Assembly (NCBI GenBank): GCA_945859975.1
Contig: CAMAPH010000029.1
Location: 1 to 37,260 of the forward strand
DNA length: 37,260 nt
DNA from: Chthonomonas calidirosea
GTDB taxonomy: Bacteria; Armatimonadota; Fimbriimonadia; Fimbriimonadales; Fimbriimonadaceae
Direction of reading: 5' to 3'
Shown here: in pieces, positions 17,482 through 26,529 of the stretch
How positions within the stretch are numbered: the stretch's first letter is position 1
Layout of the letters: each line of letters starts with the position of its first letter
Notes under the pieces: generated by a model
The model's database searches: none
Told to the model about the DNA's origin: nothing
What the model saw: the letters and a program-made list of their open reading frames with translations, nothing else
Position numbers and translations under genes: made by a program

Positions 17482-17979
17482 GTGGTGATAGATTTGGCGC
17501 CGACGACATGGGACCATGCATTCTTCCTTCAAGCCAGAAGCGCTTTATCCGCCACCATCGCCCTTGAATCTTCCGTTTCAGACACGTGTCAGCAATTGCA
17601 CTGTTTGCAGATGTCTATAGAGTGTTTGGGCAAAGCCTACATATCCAGAGCTTCCGGAACTGCACCGGCCCGAAGGCACGACGCGTTTTCGTTGCGAGCC
17701 GCAGAAATCCCCCTCGCTATTTTGAGTATTGAAGACAGCGATCTCACGCAGCGCCTACTCAGATCATTCCGTGCGGTTCAACACTTTGCAATCGAAATCG
17801 AGGGGCTCAACCCGGCCCTGGCCCAACGCGGCTCCGGAATCAACGTCGAATACCCCTGGATCTCCGGCGATGAAGTCCTTTCTCCCGTCACCTTCAACTT
17901 CAGCAAAAGGTTCCCCCGAGCAAAACGACTGCGCCTGATCAACGTGCTCGACAATTTGTTGATATTCGAAGGCTACTAA
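17482..17979 (+). CDS. HEPN-like domain protein
   Basis: HCLQMSIECLGKAY, RRHD and EYPW resemble the HEPN HxQQAxEKxLKA / THDL / RYP pattern. Confidence 0.6.
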   Translation: MVIDLAPTTWDHAFFLQARSALSATIALESSVSDTCQQLHCLQMSIECLGKAYISRASGTAPARRHDAFSLRAAEIPLAILSIEDSDLTQRLLRSFRAVQHFAIEIEGLNPALAQRGSGINVEYPWISGDEVLSPVTFNFSKRFPRAKRLRLINVLDNLLIFEGY

Positions 17980-18050
17980 AGGTATTCTCTACGTTCTGCC
18001 CGGGCGATGCTTCCCTCTCCCCGCTGGCGTAAAACCAGAAGAGATTTGCC

Positions 18051-18476
18051 ATGGCAAAGAAAATTACCGCTAACATCAAGCTCAACATCCCGGCCGGAAA
18101 GGGAACTCCAGCTCCGCCCGTAGGTCCTGCCCTCGGTCAAGCCGGCATCAACATGATGGAGTTCTTGAAGAAATTCAACGAAACGACTGCCCCAAACATG
18201 GGCTTCGTTATGCCGGTTGAAATCACCGTCTTCGAAGATCGCTCCTACACCTTTAAGATCAATCAGCCGCTCGTTACGGATCTCATCAAGCGAGCCGCCG
18301 GAATCGAGCGCGGTGCGGCAAACGCCAAAACCGACAAAGCCGGTTTCCTCACCAAAGAAAAGCTTCGCGAAGTTGCAAAGCAGAAGATGGCTGACCTTAA
18401 CACCAACGACGAAGAAATGGCCATGCGCATCGTTGCCGGTTCGGCACGATCCATGGGCGTTCGCGTCGAAGACTAA
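18051..18476 (+). CDS. rplK: 50S ribosomal protein L11
   Basis: IKLNIPAGKGTPAPPVGPALGQAGINMMEF, PVEITVFEDRSYTF, GSARSMG. Confidence 0.97.
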   Translation: MAKKITANIKLNIPAGKGTPAPPVGPALGQAGINMMEFLKKFNETTAPNMGFVMPVEITVFEDRSYTFKINQPLVTDLIKRAAGIERGAANAKTDKAGFLTKEKLREVAKQKMADLNTNDEEMAMRIVAGSARSMGVRVED

Positions 18477-18486
18477 GGCTTTAGGC

Positions 18487-18513
18487 CCGGTCCGACGTAA
18501 CTCGTCGGACCGG
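18487..18513 (+). terminator. Strong hairpin downstream of rplK (terminator or stability element)
   Basis: ccggtccgacg-taact-cgtcggaccgg perfect 11-bp stem; no clear U-tract. Confidence 0.55.
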
Positions 18514-18538
18514 CCAACGTCTGTTCACTGTAACGAAC

Positions 18539-19129
18539 ATGAAAGTTCGACTTATTTCCTTCGGGATTCTCCTGGCCATCGGCCAGATAGCGTTGGCTCA
18601 GGTGGGAACCTCCGTGTCGCCAGACACCGGAGCAGATTCCTCAGCGCAAAGTGCTGCAGATGCACTCCGCCAAAATGCAGGTACGGATGGCGCCTTCTTG
18701 GCCGCCGGACTCCTGAAGGCGAACTTTAACAAAGAGGACCTCGCAACGATCCTCGAATTCCCGAGCGACCAAATCGTGATTGTGTCGCTGACCGGCGCCC
18801 AAGTAAAGCAAGCTTTCGAGAGATCTATTCAGCTTTTCCCTCAGCCCAATTCCAGCTTCTTACAGATATCTGGCTTCGAAGTCTCGTTCAACCGTGCCGC
18901 GCCGGCCAACTCACGCGTCCAAAGCGTAACTGCCAACGGCACCAAGCTGGATGAAACACGGATCTACACGATCGCTATGCCAGCAAACCTGGGTCGTGGC
19001 GGGTTAGGCTATTTCAAGATATGGGACAAGAGCAAAATCACCAAGACGTTGCCGCAAACCTTGGAAGAAGTCCTGCGCGGAAAGCGGGTTACCGATTCCT
19101 CGCCACGCTGGTTGGCCTCGGGCTCCTGA
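18539..19129 (+). CDS. Secreted stand-alone 5'-nucleotidase C-terminal domain protein
   Basis: Signal peptide; ADALR, LTGAQVKQAFE, FLQISG, GGLGY motifs; no metallophosphatase domain. Confidence 0.85.
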   Translation: MKVRLISFGILLAIGQIALAQVGTSVSPDTGADSSAQSAADALRQNAGTDGAFLAAGLLKANFNKEDLATILEFPSDQIVIVSLTGAQVKQAFERSIQLFPQPNSSFLQISGFEVSFNRAAPANSRVQSVTANGTKLDETRIYTIAMPANLGRGGLGYFKIWDKSKITKTLPQTLEEVLRGKRVTDSSPRWLASGS

Positions 19130-20013
19130 GCGTTCCTCACAGCCAAGATCCCATCCCCGCTGTCACGCCGTTTAGCGGCGAGGCTGCTTACACCTATCTG
19201 AAGCAGCAATGCGAATTTGGACCACGCGTTCCTGGCACGGTCGGCCATGCCAAAGGCAAAACCTTCATCCAAGACGAAGCGACGAAGTACGCCGATAAAG
19301 TCGAGCTCCAGAACTTCACGCACCGCTGGTCGAAGACACGTGACGTCTACGACATGACCAACGTGCTCGCCTTCCAAAACTGGGAAAAGGCAACCACCCG
19401 CGTCATTCTCTTGGCGCACTGGGACACTCGTCCTAGCGCAGACATGGAGCCAAGGCCTGAGAACCGGCAGAAGCCAATCGCAGGAGCAAATGATGGCGCA
19501 AGCGGGGTCGCCGTTCTTCTTGAGCTCATGAAAACCCTCAAGGGGAGAACCGGGAGCGTCGGCATTTGTTACGCTTTTGTTGATGGCGAAGACTTAGGAC
19601 CGGACATTAGCGAGATGTTCCTCGGCGCCGAATATCTCTCTCGCCACCTGCCGACTCCAAAACCGCAATACGGGATCCTTCTCGACATGATCGGAGATGC
19701 AGACCTATCCATCCCGAAAGAGGAATACAGCAACTACTACGCGCCTGAACTCATGAAGGCCCTGTATCTGCACGCCGCGTCGCTGGATATGCGATCAGCG
19801 TTCCCAAACGTCATTGGCTCCCCGATCCTCGATGACCACCTCAGCCTCAACCGCGCGGGCATCCCTACAATCGACCTGATCGACTTCGATTACCCTTACT
19901 GGCACACCCTGCAAGACACGCCGGACAAGTGCAGCGCCGAAAGTCTCGGCAAAGTTGGCAAACTTCTCGAAACCTGGCTCACAAAGCCAACTCCGTGGAC
20001 TCTGAAGCGCTAA
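19021..20013 (+). CDS. M28 family peptidase / glutaminyl cyclase-like
   Basis: FGPRVPG, AHWDTRP, GANDGASGVAVLLE, DGED, LLDMIG, DDH, YWHT..DT. Confidence 0.9.
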   Translation: MGQEQNHQDVAANLGRSPARKAGYRFLATLVGLGLLSVPHSQDPIPAVTPFSGEAAYTYLKQQCEFGPRVPGTVGHAKGKTFIQDEATKYADKVELQNFTHRWSKTRDVYDMTNVLAFQNWEKATTRVILLAHWDTRPSADMEPRPENRQKPIAGANDGASGVAVLLELMKTLKGRTGSVGICYAFVDGEDLGPDISEMFLGAEYLSRHLPTPKPQYGILLDMIGDADLSIPKEEYSNYYAPELMKALYLHAASLDMRSAFPNVIGSPILDDHLSLNRAGIPTIDLIDFDYPYWHTLQDTPDKCSAESLGKVGKLLETWLTKPTPWTLKR

Positions 20014-20031
20014 CCCCGCGTAGAAGCACTC

Positions 20032-20703
20032 ATGATCTCACCATACGATTGGCAAGAGGGCGTAAGTAACCGCGCCCAATACATTGAAGGACGACTCGCC
20101 CAAGGTCTTCCCGTCCTAGCGATCTCACTGAACGAGGGTCTTCTGATGTACTCGCGCCGTCGACAAAGCCGCAAGGTTTTCGAGATCTACGACCGCATCA
20201 TCTTTGCTGGCCTCGGACAGCAGTCCGACCTCGAAGCCATTCGCGCCGCCGCCCTAGAGTTTGCCAGCCGCGAAGGCTACCAACGAAGTGAAGACGATGT
20301 AACCGTCCAACGAGTGGCCACCACCGTTAGCGGTCCGATCAAGCAGGCATTTGCCGACTTTCGAACCGCCCCGGTCGTCGCACGCAGCCTCTTTGCCGAG
20401 CTCGGCGCGACTCCAGAGAAGGACACGTACTACGTCATCGACTTCGACGGTGACTACGCCGTGGCAAGACTTCGTTCCGCCATCGCCGGGACGCTTGATA
20501 TTGGTTCCAAGCTGGAAACGGCACTCTCGGAGATCCCGACGGCAACCGAACCCGAAGCGGCGATTGCCAAACTCTCCGACATTTTCGATTCAAGTTTCGA
20601 AGGCACAGTGCCCGCTGGACTTAAAGAAGAAGCGATCCTCATCGAGCGGAACACGCTTCGAGAAGATCGCTTCCGGGTTCTCCGGGCCGTCGAAGGGATT
20701 TAA
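20032..20703 (+). CDS. prcA: 20S proteasome alpha subunit (actinobacterial-type)
   Basis: SPYDWQE...RAQYIEGRLAQG.PV, KVFEIYDRI.FAGLG, GYQRSEDDVT, LFAELG; no N-terminal catalytic Thr. Confidence 0.82.
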   Translation: MISPYDWQEGVSNRAQYIEGRLAQGLPVLAISLNEGLLMYSRRRQSRKVFEIYDRIIFAGLGQQSDLEAIRAAALEFASREGYQRSEDDVTVQRVATTVSGPIKQAFADFRTAPVVARSLFAELGATPEKDTYYVIDFDGDYAVARLRSAIAGTLDIGSKLETALSEIPTATEPEAAIAKLSDIFDSSFEGTVPAGLKEEAILIERNTLREDRFRVLRAVEGI

Positions 20704-21581
20704 GCCCGGATAAGCAGGACCGGGTACGGCTCTGACACCACTTGGTGCAGGGCCACACTGCCCGTAAACACGCGCTCGATTAGGCCGTGGCCCTGCGCGC
20801 CGAGAATCAGCAAACTCGCCGAACGTTCGGTCATCGTGGCGGAGATCTGCTCGTTGACGTCGCCTGGCAAAACGCTGAACGACACGTCATAGCCAGACTC
20901 ACCCAAACGGGTCGCCAGGGCTTCGCATTTCTCCGTCAGTTGCTCTTCCACCCATTCCTTCATATCGATCTGGAGTTCGGGAAGGCTTCGCAGAACCATC
21001 TTGGTTTCGAGCTCATCGATGTCGTAAACCGTGAGGATGTGAATCTGTTGAAGCCCCATCGGTGCCATTTTCAGAAACTTCTCAAGTGCTCGAGCCGCGT
21101 ACTCGGAATGGTCAGTCGCAAAGACCGCGGTAATCGGACCTTCAACGACTGCTTCACCTTTGGAAACCAAAACTGATGTATCAGCCTCGTTTGTGAGCGA
21201 ATTGCTCACGCTGCCCAGAATCGCGCTGAGCCATTTGCCTCGTACCACCGAGTTCACGACCAGCAAATCGGCTTTGAGCTCACTCGCTTCTCGAAGCAGA
21301 ACCGGAACGACCGCACCGTAAAGCACGACCGAGTCAGCCGTGATTCCGTCCGCAGCTAGGCTTTCAACGGCTTGGGCCGCCGCTCGGTGTGAAGCCGAGT
21401 CCGTCTGGCTCACGTAGTCCGTTGCCACAAACGGGGCACCCGGGCCCAGCGGGATGATAGGCGGAGTCGTGTCCACCGCCGAAACGACCGTGACTTCGGC
21501 TCCACTAAAGCCAAGTCGTACGAACAAATCCATTCCTGGCTTGTATCCGCCACCTGCATCAACGCCAATGATCGCTTTCAT
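20700..21581 (-). CDS. Universal stress protein (two USP domains)
   Basis: IIGVD...LGSVS; FATDHS...GAQGHG...GSVA; GGAG RBS before ATG 21581. Confidence 0.9.
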   Translation of the reverse strand: MKAIIGVDAGGGYKPGMDLFVRLGFSGAEVTVVSAVDTTPPIIPLGPGAPFVATDYVSQTDSASHRAAAQAVESLAADGITADSVVLYGAVVPVLLREASELKADLLVVNSVVRGKWLSAILGSVSNSLTNEADTSVLVSKGEAVVEGPITAVFATDHSEYAARALEKFLKMAPMGLQQIHILTVYDIDELETKMVLRSLPELQIDMKEWVEEQLTEKCEALATRLGESGYDVSFSVLPGDVNEQISATMTERSASLLILGAQGHGLIERVFTGSVALHQVVSEPYPVLLIRA

Positions 21582-21661
21582 ATTTCGTTCACTCCAAGCC
21601 CATTCTATGCTCTTTCGCCAACCACCGTAGGGCCAAGTGAAATTGCCGCTAAAATGCCCGG

Positions 21662-22624
21662 ATGCGCGCGCTCTGCCTCTCGCTTTTGCTGCTGCCGGTC
21701 CTGTCACTAGCAGACGTCATCCCAAGTCAGCTTTACAACGGCATCAATCGGCCACTTAAGGTTCAAGTACGCCCACCGCTGCGGGCCGAGAGCATCGAGC
21801 TTCAACTTTGGGACGCAACGGGAACAAAGCCGATTGCCACGAAGAGCGTTCGCCCAGGAAGTAGCGACCTGGCAAAGCTGTTTCCCGAACTCTGGACCAG
21901 CAAACCAAACGGCGTAAAGTACGTTCAACTCGTGGCCGACGGCAAACCGACCGATGCACCGCTGGTTCTGCAACCGATGACCAGCCCGCAGATTTCGCGA
22001 CTCGCTGCGGATGGAAAGACCGTCGAATTTGTTCCGGACGAAGACCAGGAGTTCGCCGGGTACCGCGCATACCCAGACCGTAATCTCGTGATTGAAACGA
22101 GCATGGGCAAAATGGAGTTTCGACTTCGCCCCGACGCTGCCCCGAACACGACTTTCAACGTCCGCGGCTTTGTAGAAGGTGGCCTGTACAACGACACGAT
22201 TTTCCACCGCGTCGTCGCGAAGCGAGCAGATGGAACGCCTTTCGTCATTCAAGGCGGTGACCCGGCAGGGACCGGCAGTGGCGGTCCAGGCTGGGCGTAT
22301 CCGCTCGAAAACAGCACGTTGCCACACGATTTTGGCGTCATATCGATCGCCCGAAGCACCGACCCGAATACCAACGGTTGCCAAATCTTCGTCTGCCTCA
22401 GTCGCGCTGGAACGAAGCACCTTGATAGTCGTTATGCCGCCTTCGGTCAGCTCATAAAGGGAGCCGAAGTTGTGCTCAAAATCGGCGCAGTACCGGTTGG
22501 AAAGGCAGATCGACCGAACGATCCGCCCAAGATTCACCGGATGAAGCTAGTTCCTGCCTCACCACTTGGCATGGGACCGAAACCGCTCGCCCGGCCAGAC
22601 GAGCCCGTTTCGCCCGGGAAATAA
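21662..22624 (+). CDS. Secreted cyclophilin-type peptidyl-prolyl isomerase
   Basis: Signal peptide; FHRVV, FVIQGGDP.GTGSGGPG, SIARS.DPN, QIFV, YAAFG. Confidence 0.92.
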   Translation: MRALCLSLLLLPVLSLADVIPSQLYNGINRPLKVQVRPPLRAESIELQLWDATGTKPIATKSVRPGSSDLAKLFPELWTSKPNGVKYVQLVADGKPTDAPLVLQPMTSPQISRLAADGKTVEFVPDEDQEFAGYRAYPDRNLVIETSMGKMEFRLRPDAAPNTTFNVRGFVEGGLYNDTIFHRVVAKRADGTPFVIQGGDPAGTGSGGPGWAYPLENSTLPHDFGVISIARSTDPNTNGCQIFVCLSRAGTKHLDSRYAAFGQLIKGAEVVLKIGAVPVGKADRPNDPPKIHRMKLVPASPLGMGPKPLARPDEPVSPGK

Positions 22625-22702
22625 GCGTTAGCGCCGGACTTTAGGCGGGATATCTCGGGGAGAACTTGCGTAATCCGTCCCATCAACCGTACAGTGAAAG
22701 GG

Positions 22703-25700
22703 ATGACTTTAGGCACCTTCGCGGTCCTTTTGGCCAACACCGCATCCGCGGGGGTGACTTCAACCCAAGCCAACGACCCGTTCTATCCCGGCCCAAACCC
22801 GCTTCTGATGAAGCACCCGACCGTAAACGCGACCAGTATTGTCTTTGAATATGCTGGCGATCTATGGTCGGTTGCTCGCAGTGGCGGAGCCGCACAGCGA
22901 CTGACAACGGACGCCGGCATCGAGTCCGAGCCGTTCTTCTCCCCAGACGGCACTCAAATTCTCTTTAGCGGCGAGTACGACGGGAATCAAGACGTTTACG
23001 TGATTCCAGCCACCGGCGGAAGCCCAAAGAGGCTCACCTTCCACCCAGCCACAGACCGTGCCGCAGGTTGGACTCCAGACGGCAAGAGTGCGCTGGTGGT
23101 GTCGAGCATGCTCCAGAACACGGCGCTTCCCCGACTTTTCACTGTGCCGGTTTCTGGCGGTACGCCAAAGCCGCTACCATTGCCATCGGGGAGTATGGGA
23201 TCCCTCTCCGCTGACGGACAGCGAATTGCCTATGTTGCCGGCATCAAATGGCAAGACGCTTGGAAGCGGTATCGCGGCGGCCAAACCTACGCCATCTGGA
23301 TCGCTGATCTGAAGGATTCGAAGTGGAAAGAGATTCCACGCAAGAACACGAACGACGAGCAGCCGATGTGGATCGGTGACCGAATCTACTTCCTTTCCGA
23401 CAAGAAAGGGCCCGTCAGCCTCTACAGCTACGACGAGAAGTCGGGCCAGGTCGTTGAAGAAGTTCCCCCGGCAGGATTCGATATCAAGTCTGCCACTGCC
23501 GGAGCGGGCGCAATCGTTTACGAGAAGCTTGGCTCGATTCACCTGTTCGATCCGAAAACGAAAACGAGCAAGCGAGTTGACGTCACGATCTCCGCTGACT
23601 TCCCAGAAGTCCGAACTCAGTTCAAGGACCTGTCTGGACGAATCGGCGCCGCCAGCATCTCTCCAAGCGGCCAGCGCGTCGTCGTCGAGTCGCGCGGACA
23701 TATCCTCACCGTTCCTGCCAGCAAGGGCGACATTCGCGAGCTGACGGGCCGCCAAGGCGTCGCTGAGCGGTTCCCTGCCTGGTCGCCAGATGGTCAAACC
23801 ATCGCATTCATCAGCGATGCCAGCGGCTGGTACGAGCTTGTGCTCCACAACGCGGGAAGTAAAGAAGAGAAACGCGTTCGCCTCGGCGAGGGACTTTCCT
23901 TCATCAATCAACTCGTTTGGGCACCGGACAGCAAGGCCATTGCCTACACAGACAACAAGAAAAACGTTTGGATTCACGAACTGTCGACCGGCCGAAACAT
24001 CAAGGTGGACACCGGCACTTACGAGGACCCGAACACCAACATCGTGCCGCGCTGGTCGCCCGATTCGCGTTGGCTCACGTGGGCTCGCGACCTGGACAAT
24101 CACCTGAACGCGGTTTTTGTCTACAGCCTCGATGGCGCAAAGACCACCCAGATCACGGATGGCCTGAGCAACGCGAAGTATCCCGTCTTCGACCGAGATG
24201 GCAAGCACCTGTACTTCGTCGCCAGCACCAACACTGGTCCCGCCGCGAGCTACCTCGACATCAGTAGCTACACGAACTTAAACGTGGTGAGCAGCGTGTA
24301 TGCGATCGTTCTGAGCAAGAACGGGGAGAACCCGCTTGGTCCCGAGAGTGACGAAGAGGCCGTGAAGGAACCAACTCCTCCAACGCCACCAGCGACTCCG
24401 CCCGCTACGCCTCCAACCGCACCTCCTGCGGGACCGCCGGCTGGCGGTCCTCCTGGTGGACCACGTGGCCCACGACCCGTGGCAAAGGTGACCATCGACT
24501 TCGAAGACATCTCCCAGCGAATCCTCGCCCTCCCGATGCCGACGGCCGACTACTCCGCGCTAGAAGCTGCAACTCCGGGTTCGTTCTTGGCGGTCTTCTC
24601 TTCTCCTAGGGCAACCCTAACCTCACCAGCGCAGGTCACGCTTCTCCGATTCAGCTTCGCTACTCGCCGACCTCAACCGGTCGGCACGGGAGTGCAATTA
24701 CTTGACGTCAGCGCAAACGGCGACAAGGCGCTGATCCTCCAAGCCGGTCAGCTTCAGATCCTCAGCACGGTCGCCCCCGCGCCGCCAACTCCGCTGGACA
24801 TCAGCGGTATGCGGATCAAGATTGATCCTCGTCAAGAATGGCGACAGATGTTCAAAGAGGTTTGGCGAAACGAGCGAATCTTCTTCTATGATCCGAATCT
24901 GCACGGCATCAACGCCGGGGAAATGGAGCGAAGGTATGAGCCGTTCTTGAAGAACATCGCCAGCCGAGCCGACCTCAACTATCTGTTCACCGACATGCTG
25001 GGAGAACTCAGCATCGGACACATGTTCATCGACGGTGGCGATATCCCAGGCAAGCCCTTCATCCCAGGCGGATTACTTGGGGCAGACTACGCCTTCGAAA
25101 ACGGACGTTACCGGCTAGCGCGCGTTTACAATGGAGAAAACTGGAACCCGGGCGCTCGCGCTCCGCTAACCGCTCCCGGAGTCAATGCCGTCGCAGGTGA
25201 GTACATCCTCGCCATTGATGGTCAGGACCTCACTGAGCAAGGCGACATCTACGAAAAGCTCGAGGCCAAAGCCGGCAAGCAGGTCAAGATCAAGATCGGA
25301 CCTAAGCCAGACGGCGCGGGCTCCCGTGAAGTGACGGTTGTGCCAGTGGCCAGCGAAGCCGGACTTCGAGCCCTAGCTTGGCGAGAAGACAATCGTCGGC
25401 TAGTTGACAAGCTCAGCGGCGGAAAGATTGGCTACGTCCACGTTCCAGACACCAACGTTGGCGGCTGGACCAGCTTCAACCGGTACTACTATGCCCAGGC
25501 CGGAAAGCAGGGCATCGTGGTGGATGAACGCTACAACCAGGGCGGACTCATCAACGACTACATGGTTCTGGAAATGACCCGAACCCTGCAAGGCGTGTTT
25601 GCTCCGCGAAGCGGAAAAGACGGCGCAACGCCGGGTGTCAGCATATTCGGACCGAAGGTCATGCTCATCAACCAGTGGGCCGGTTCCGGCGGTGACATGT

Positions 25701-26038
25701 TCCCTTGGCTCTTCCGAAACCAGAAGGTCGGAAAGCTCGTTGGAAAGCGAACCTGGGGCGGACTCGTCCGCGCCTTCGGCTTTGAGCTCGTCGATGGCGG
25801 CGTGGTCCGCGCCCCAGACGTGGCGTTCTATAACCCGAACGGAACCTGGGACGTTGAAGGCTGGGGCGTGGAGCCAGACATCGAGGTCGAAATGGACCCG
25901 TACCTCTGGCGCCAAGGCCGAGACGCACAGCTCGAGCGAGCCGTTGCAGAAGTCCTGAAGGAAGCAGCGACCTTCAAGTATCCAAAACCGATCAAGCCCC
26001 CGTTCCCAGATCGAACGAAGATCGACATTCGGTACTGA
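22703..26038 (+). CDS. Tricorn protease homolog (S41 family)
   Basis: PD40 propeller repeats, EWRQMF.EVWR, GELSIGH, PDZ, IGYVHVPD, DERYNQGG, AGSGGD, GKRTWGG, GVEPDIEV. Confidence 0.95.
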   Translation: MTLGTFAVLLANTASAGVTSTQANDPFYPGPNPLLMKHPTVNATSIVFEYAGDLWSVARSGGAAQRLTTDAGIESEPFFSPDGTQILFSGEYDGNQDVYVIPATGGSPKRLTFHPATDRAAGWTPDGKSALVVSSMLQNTALPRLFTVPVSGGTPKPLPLPSGSMGSLSADGQRIAYVAGIKWQDAWKRYRGGQTYAIWIADLKDSKWKEIPRKNTNDEQPMWIGDRIYFLSDKKGPVSLYSYDEKSGQVVEEVPPAGFDIKSATAGAGAIVYEKLGSIHLFDPKTKTSKRVDVTISADFPEVRTQFKDLSGRIGAASISPSGQRVVVESRGHILTVPASKGDIRELTGRQGVAERFPAWSPDGQTIAFISDASGWYELVLHNAGSKEEKRVRLGEGLSFINQLVWAPDSKAIAYTDNKKNVWIHELSTGRNIKVDTGTYEDPNTNIVPRWSPDSRWLTWARDLDNHLNAVFVYSLDGAKTTQITDGLSNAKYPVFDRDGKHLYFVASTNTGPAASYLDISSYTNLNVVSSVYAIVLSKNGENPLGPESDEEAVKEPTPPTPPATPPATPPTAPPAGPPAGGPPGGPRGPRPVAKVTIDFEDISQRILALPMPTADYSALEAATPGSFLAVFSSPRATLTSPAQVTLLRFSFATRRPQPVGTGVQLLDVSANGDKALILQAGQLQILSTVAPAPPTPLDISGMRIKIDPRQEWRQMFKEVWRNERIFFYDPNLHGINAGEMERRYEPFLKNIASRADLNYLFTDMLGELSIGHMFIDGGDIPGKPFIPGGLLGADYAFENGRYRLARVYNGENWNPGARAPLTAPGVNAVAGEYILAIDGQDLTEQGDIYEKLEAKAGKQVKIKIGPKPDGAGSREVTVVPVASEAGLRALAWREDNRRLVDKLSGGKIGYVHVPDTNVGGWTSFNRYYYAQAGKQGIVVDERYNQGGLINDYMVLEMTRTLQGVFAPRSGKDGATPGVSIFGPKVMLINQWAGSGGDMFPWLFRNQKVGKLVGKRTWGGLVRAFGFELVDGGVVRAPDVAFYNPNGTWDVEGWGVEPDIEVEMDPYLWRQGRDAQLERAVAEVLKEAATFKYPKPIKPPFPDRTKIDIRY
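24364..24480 (+). repeat. Low-complexity Pro/Thr/Ala/Gly linker inside tricorn
   Basis: KEPTPPTPPATPPATPPTAPPAGPPAGGPPGGPRGPRP. Confidence 0.7.
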
Positions 26039-26064
26039 CCGTCAATCTCGGACAAACCGGAAAT

Positions 26065-26096
26065 TGCCAAGAAGAAAAATTCTTCTTGGCATTTTT
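26065..26096 (+). terminator. Intrinsic terminator after tricorn
   Basis: tgccaagaagaa-aaa-ttcttcttggca followed by ttttt. Confidence 0.75.
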
Positions 26097-26097
26097 C

Positions 26098-26136
26098 ATT
26101 TACCATGGTAAATTACATTCGTTTACCACGGTAAAT
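26098..26136. promoter_or_regulatory. Tandem palindromic operators, probably bound by the BlaI-like repressor
   Basis: atttaccatggtaaat (26098-26113, perfect palindrome) and gtttaccacggtaaat (26121-26136) directly upstream of the RBS. Confidence 0.75.
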
Positions 26137-26148
26137 GACGAGGACCAC

Positions 26149-26529
26149 ATGGGAATGAAACTGGGAAATCTTCAACTGCGCATCATGCGCTCGCTTTGGG
26201 AACGCGGCGAAGCGACGGCACGGCAAATCACTGACGACTTAAGCGGCGGCGTACCAAGCAAGCTGAGCACGGTGCAAACGCTGCTCCGCAAGCTGGAGAC
26301 CAAAGGCGCCGTCAGGCATGAACAGCGGGAGCGGACCTTCTACTTCCGCCCGCTCATAAAGGAGCAAGATGTAGCCCGAAGTGCCGCACAGGATCTTCTG
26401 GCTCGGGTTTACGACAACTCACTGTCCGGCCTCCTTGCCCACCTTTTGGAAGACGAAACCGTGTCCGCCGAAGAACTCCGCGACATTAAGCAACTCATCG
26501 AAGCCCGCGAGCGGGAGATGACAAAGTGA
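26149..26529 (+). CDS. BlaI/MecI/CopY family transcriptional repressor
   Basis: LQLRIMRSLW..GEATARQI, STVQTLLRKLETKG, YFRPLI, LS.LLAHLL; GAGGA RBS. Confidence 0.93.
   Translation: MGMKLGNLQLRIMRSLWERGEATARQITDDLSGGVPSKLSTVQTLLRKLETKGAVRHEQRERTFYFRPLIKEQDVARSAAQDLLARVYDNSLSGLLAHLLEDETVSAEELRDIKQLIEAREREMTK

Noticed and set aside
18023..18038. Possible L1-binding leader (ctggcgtaaaaccag) before rplK
   Set aside because: Only a small hairpin; lacks the GGGAG-containing two-helix internal loop, and rplA is not downstream.
17035..18050. Mobile element around the HEPN-like cassette
   Set aside because: No transposase, integrase, terminal inverted repeats or target-site duplication detected.
23174..24208. 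344-aa minus-strand ORF
   Set aside because: Antisense shadow of tricorn protease.
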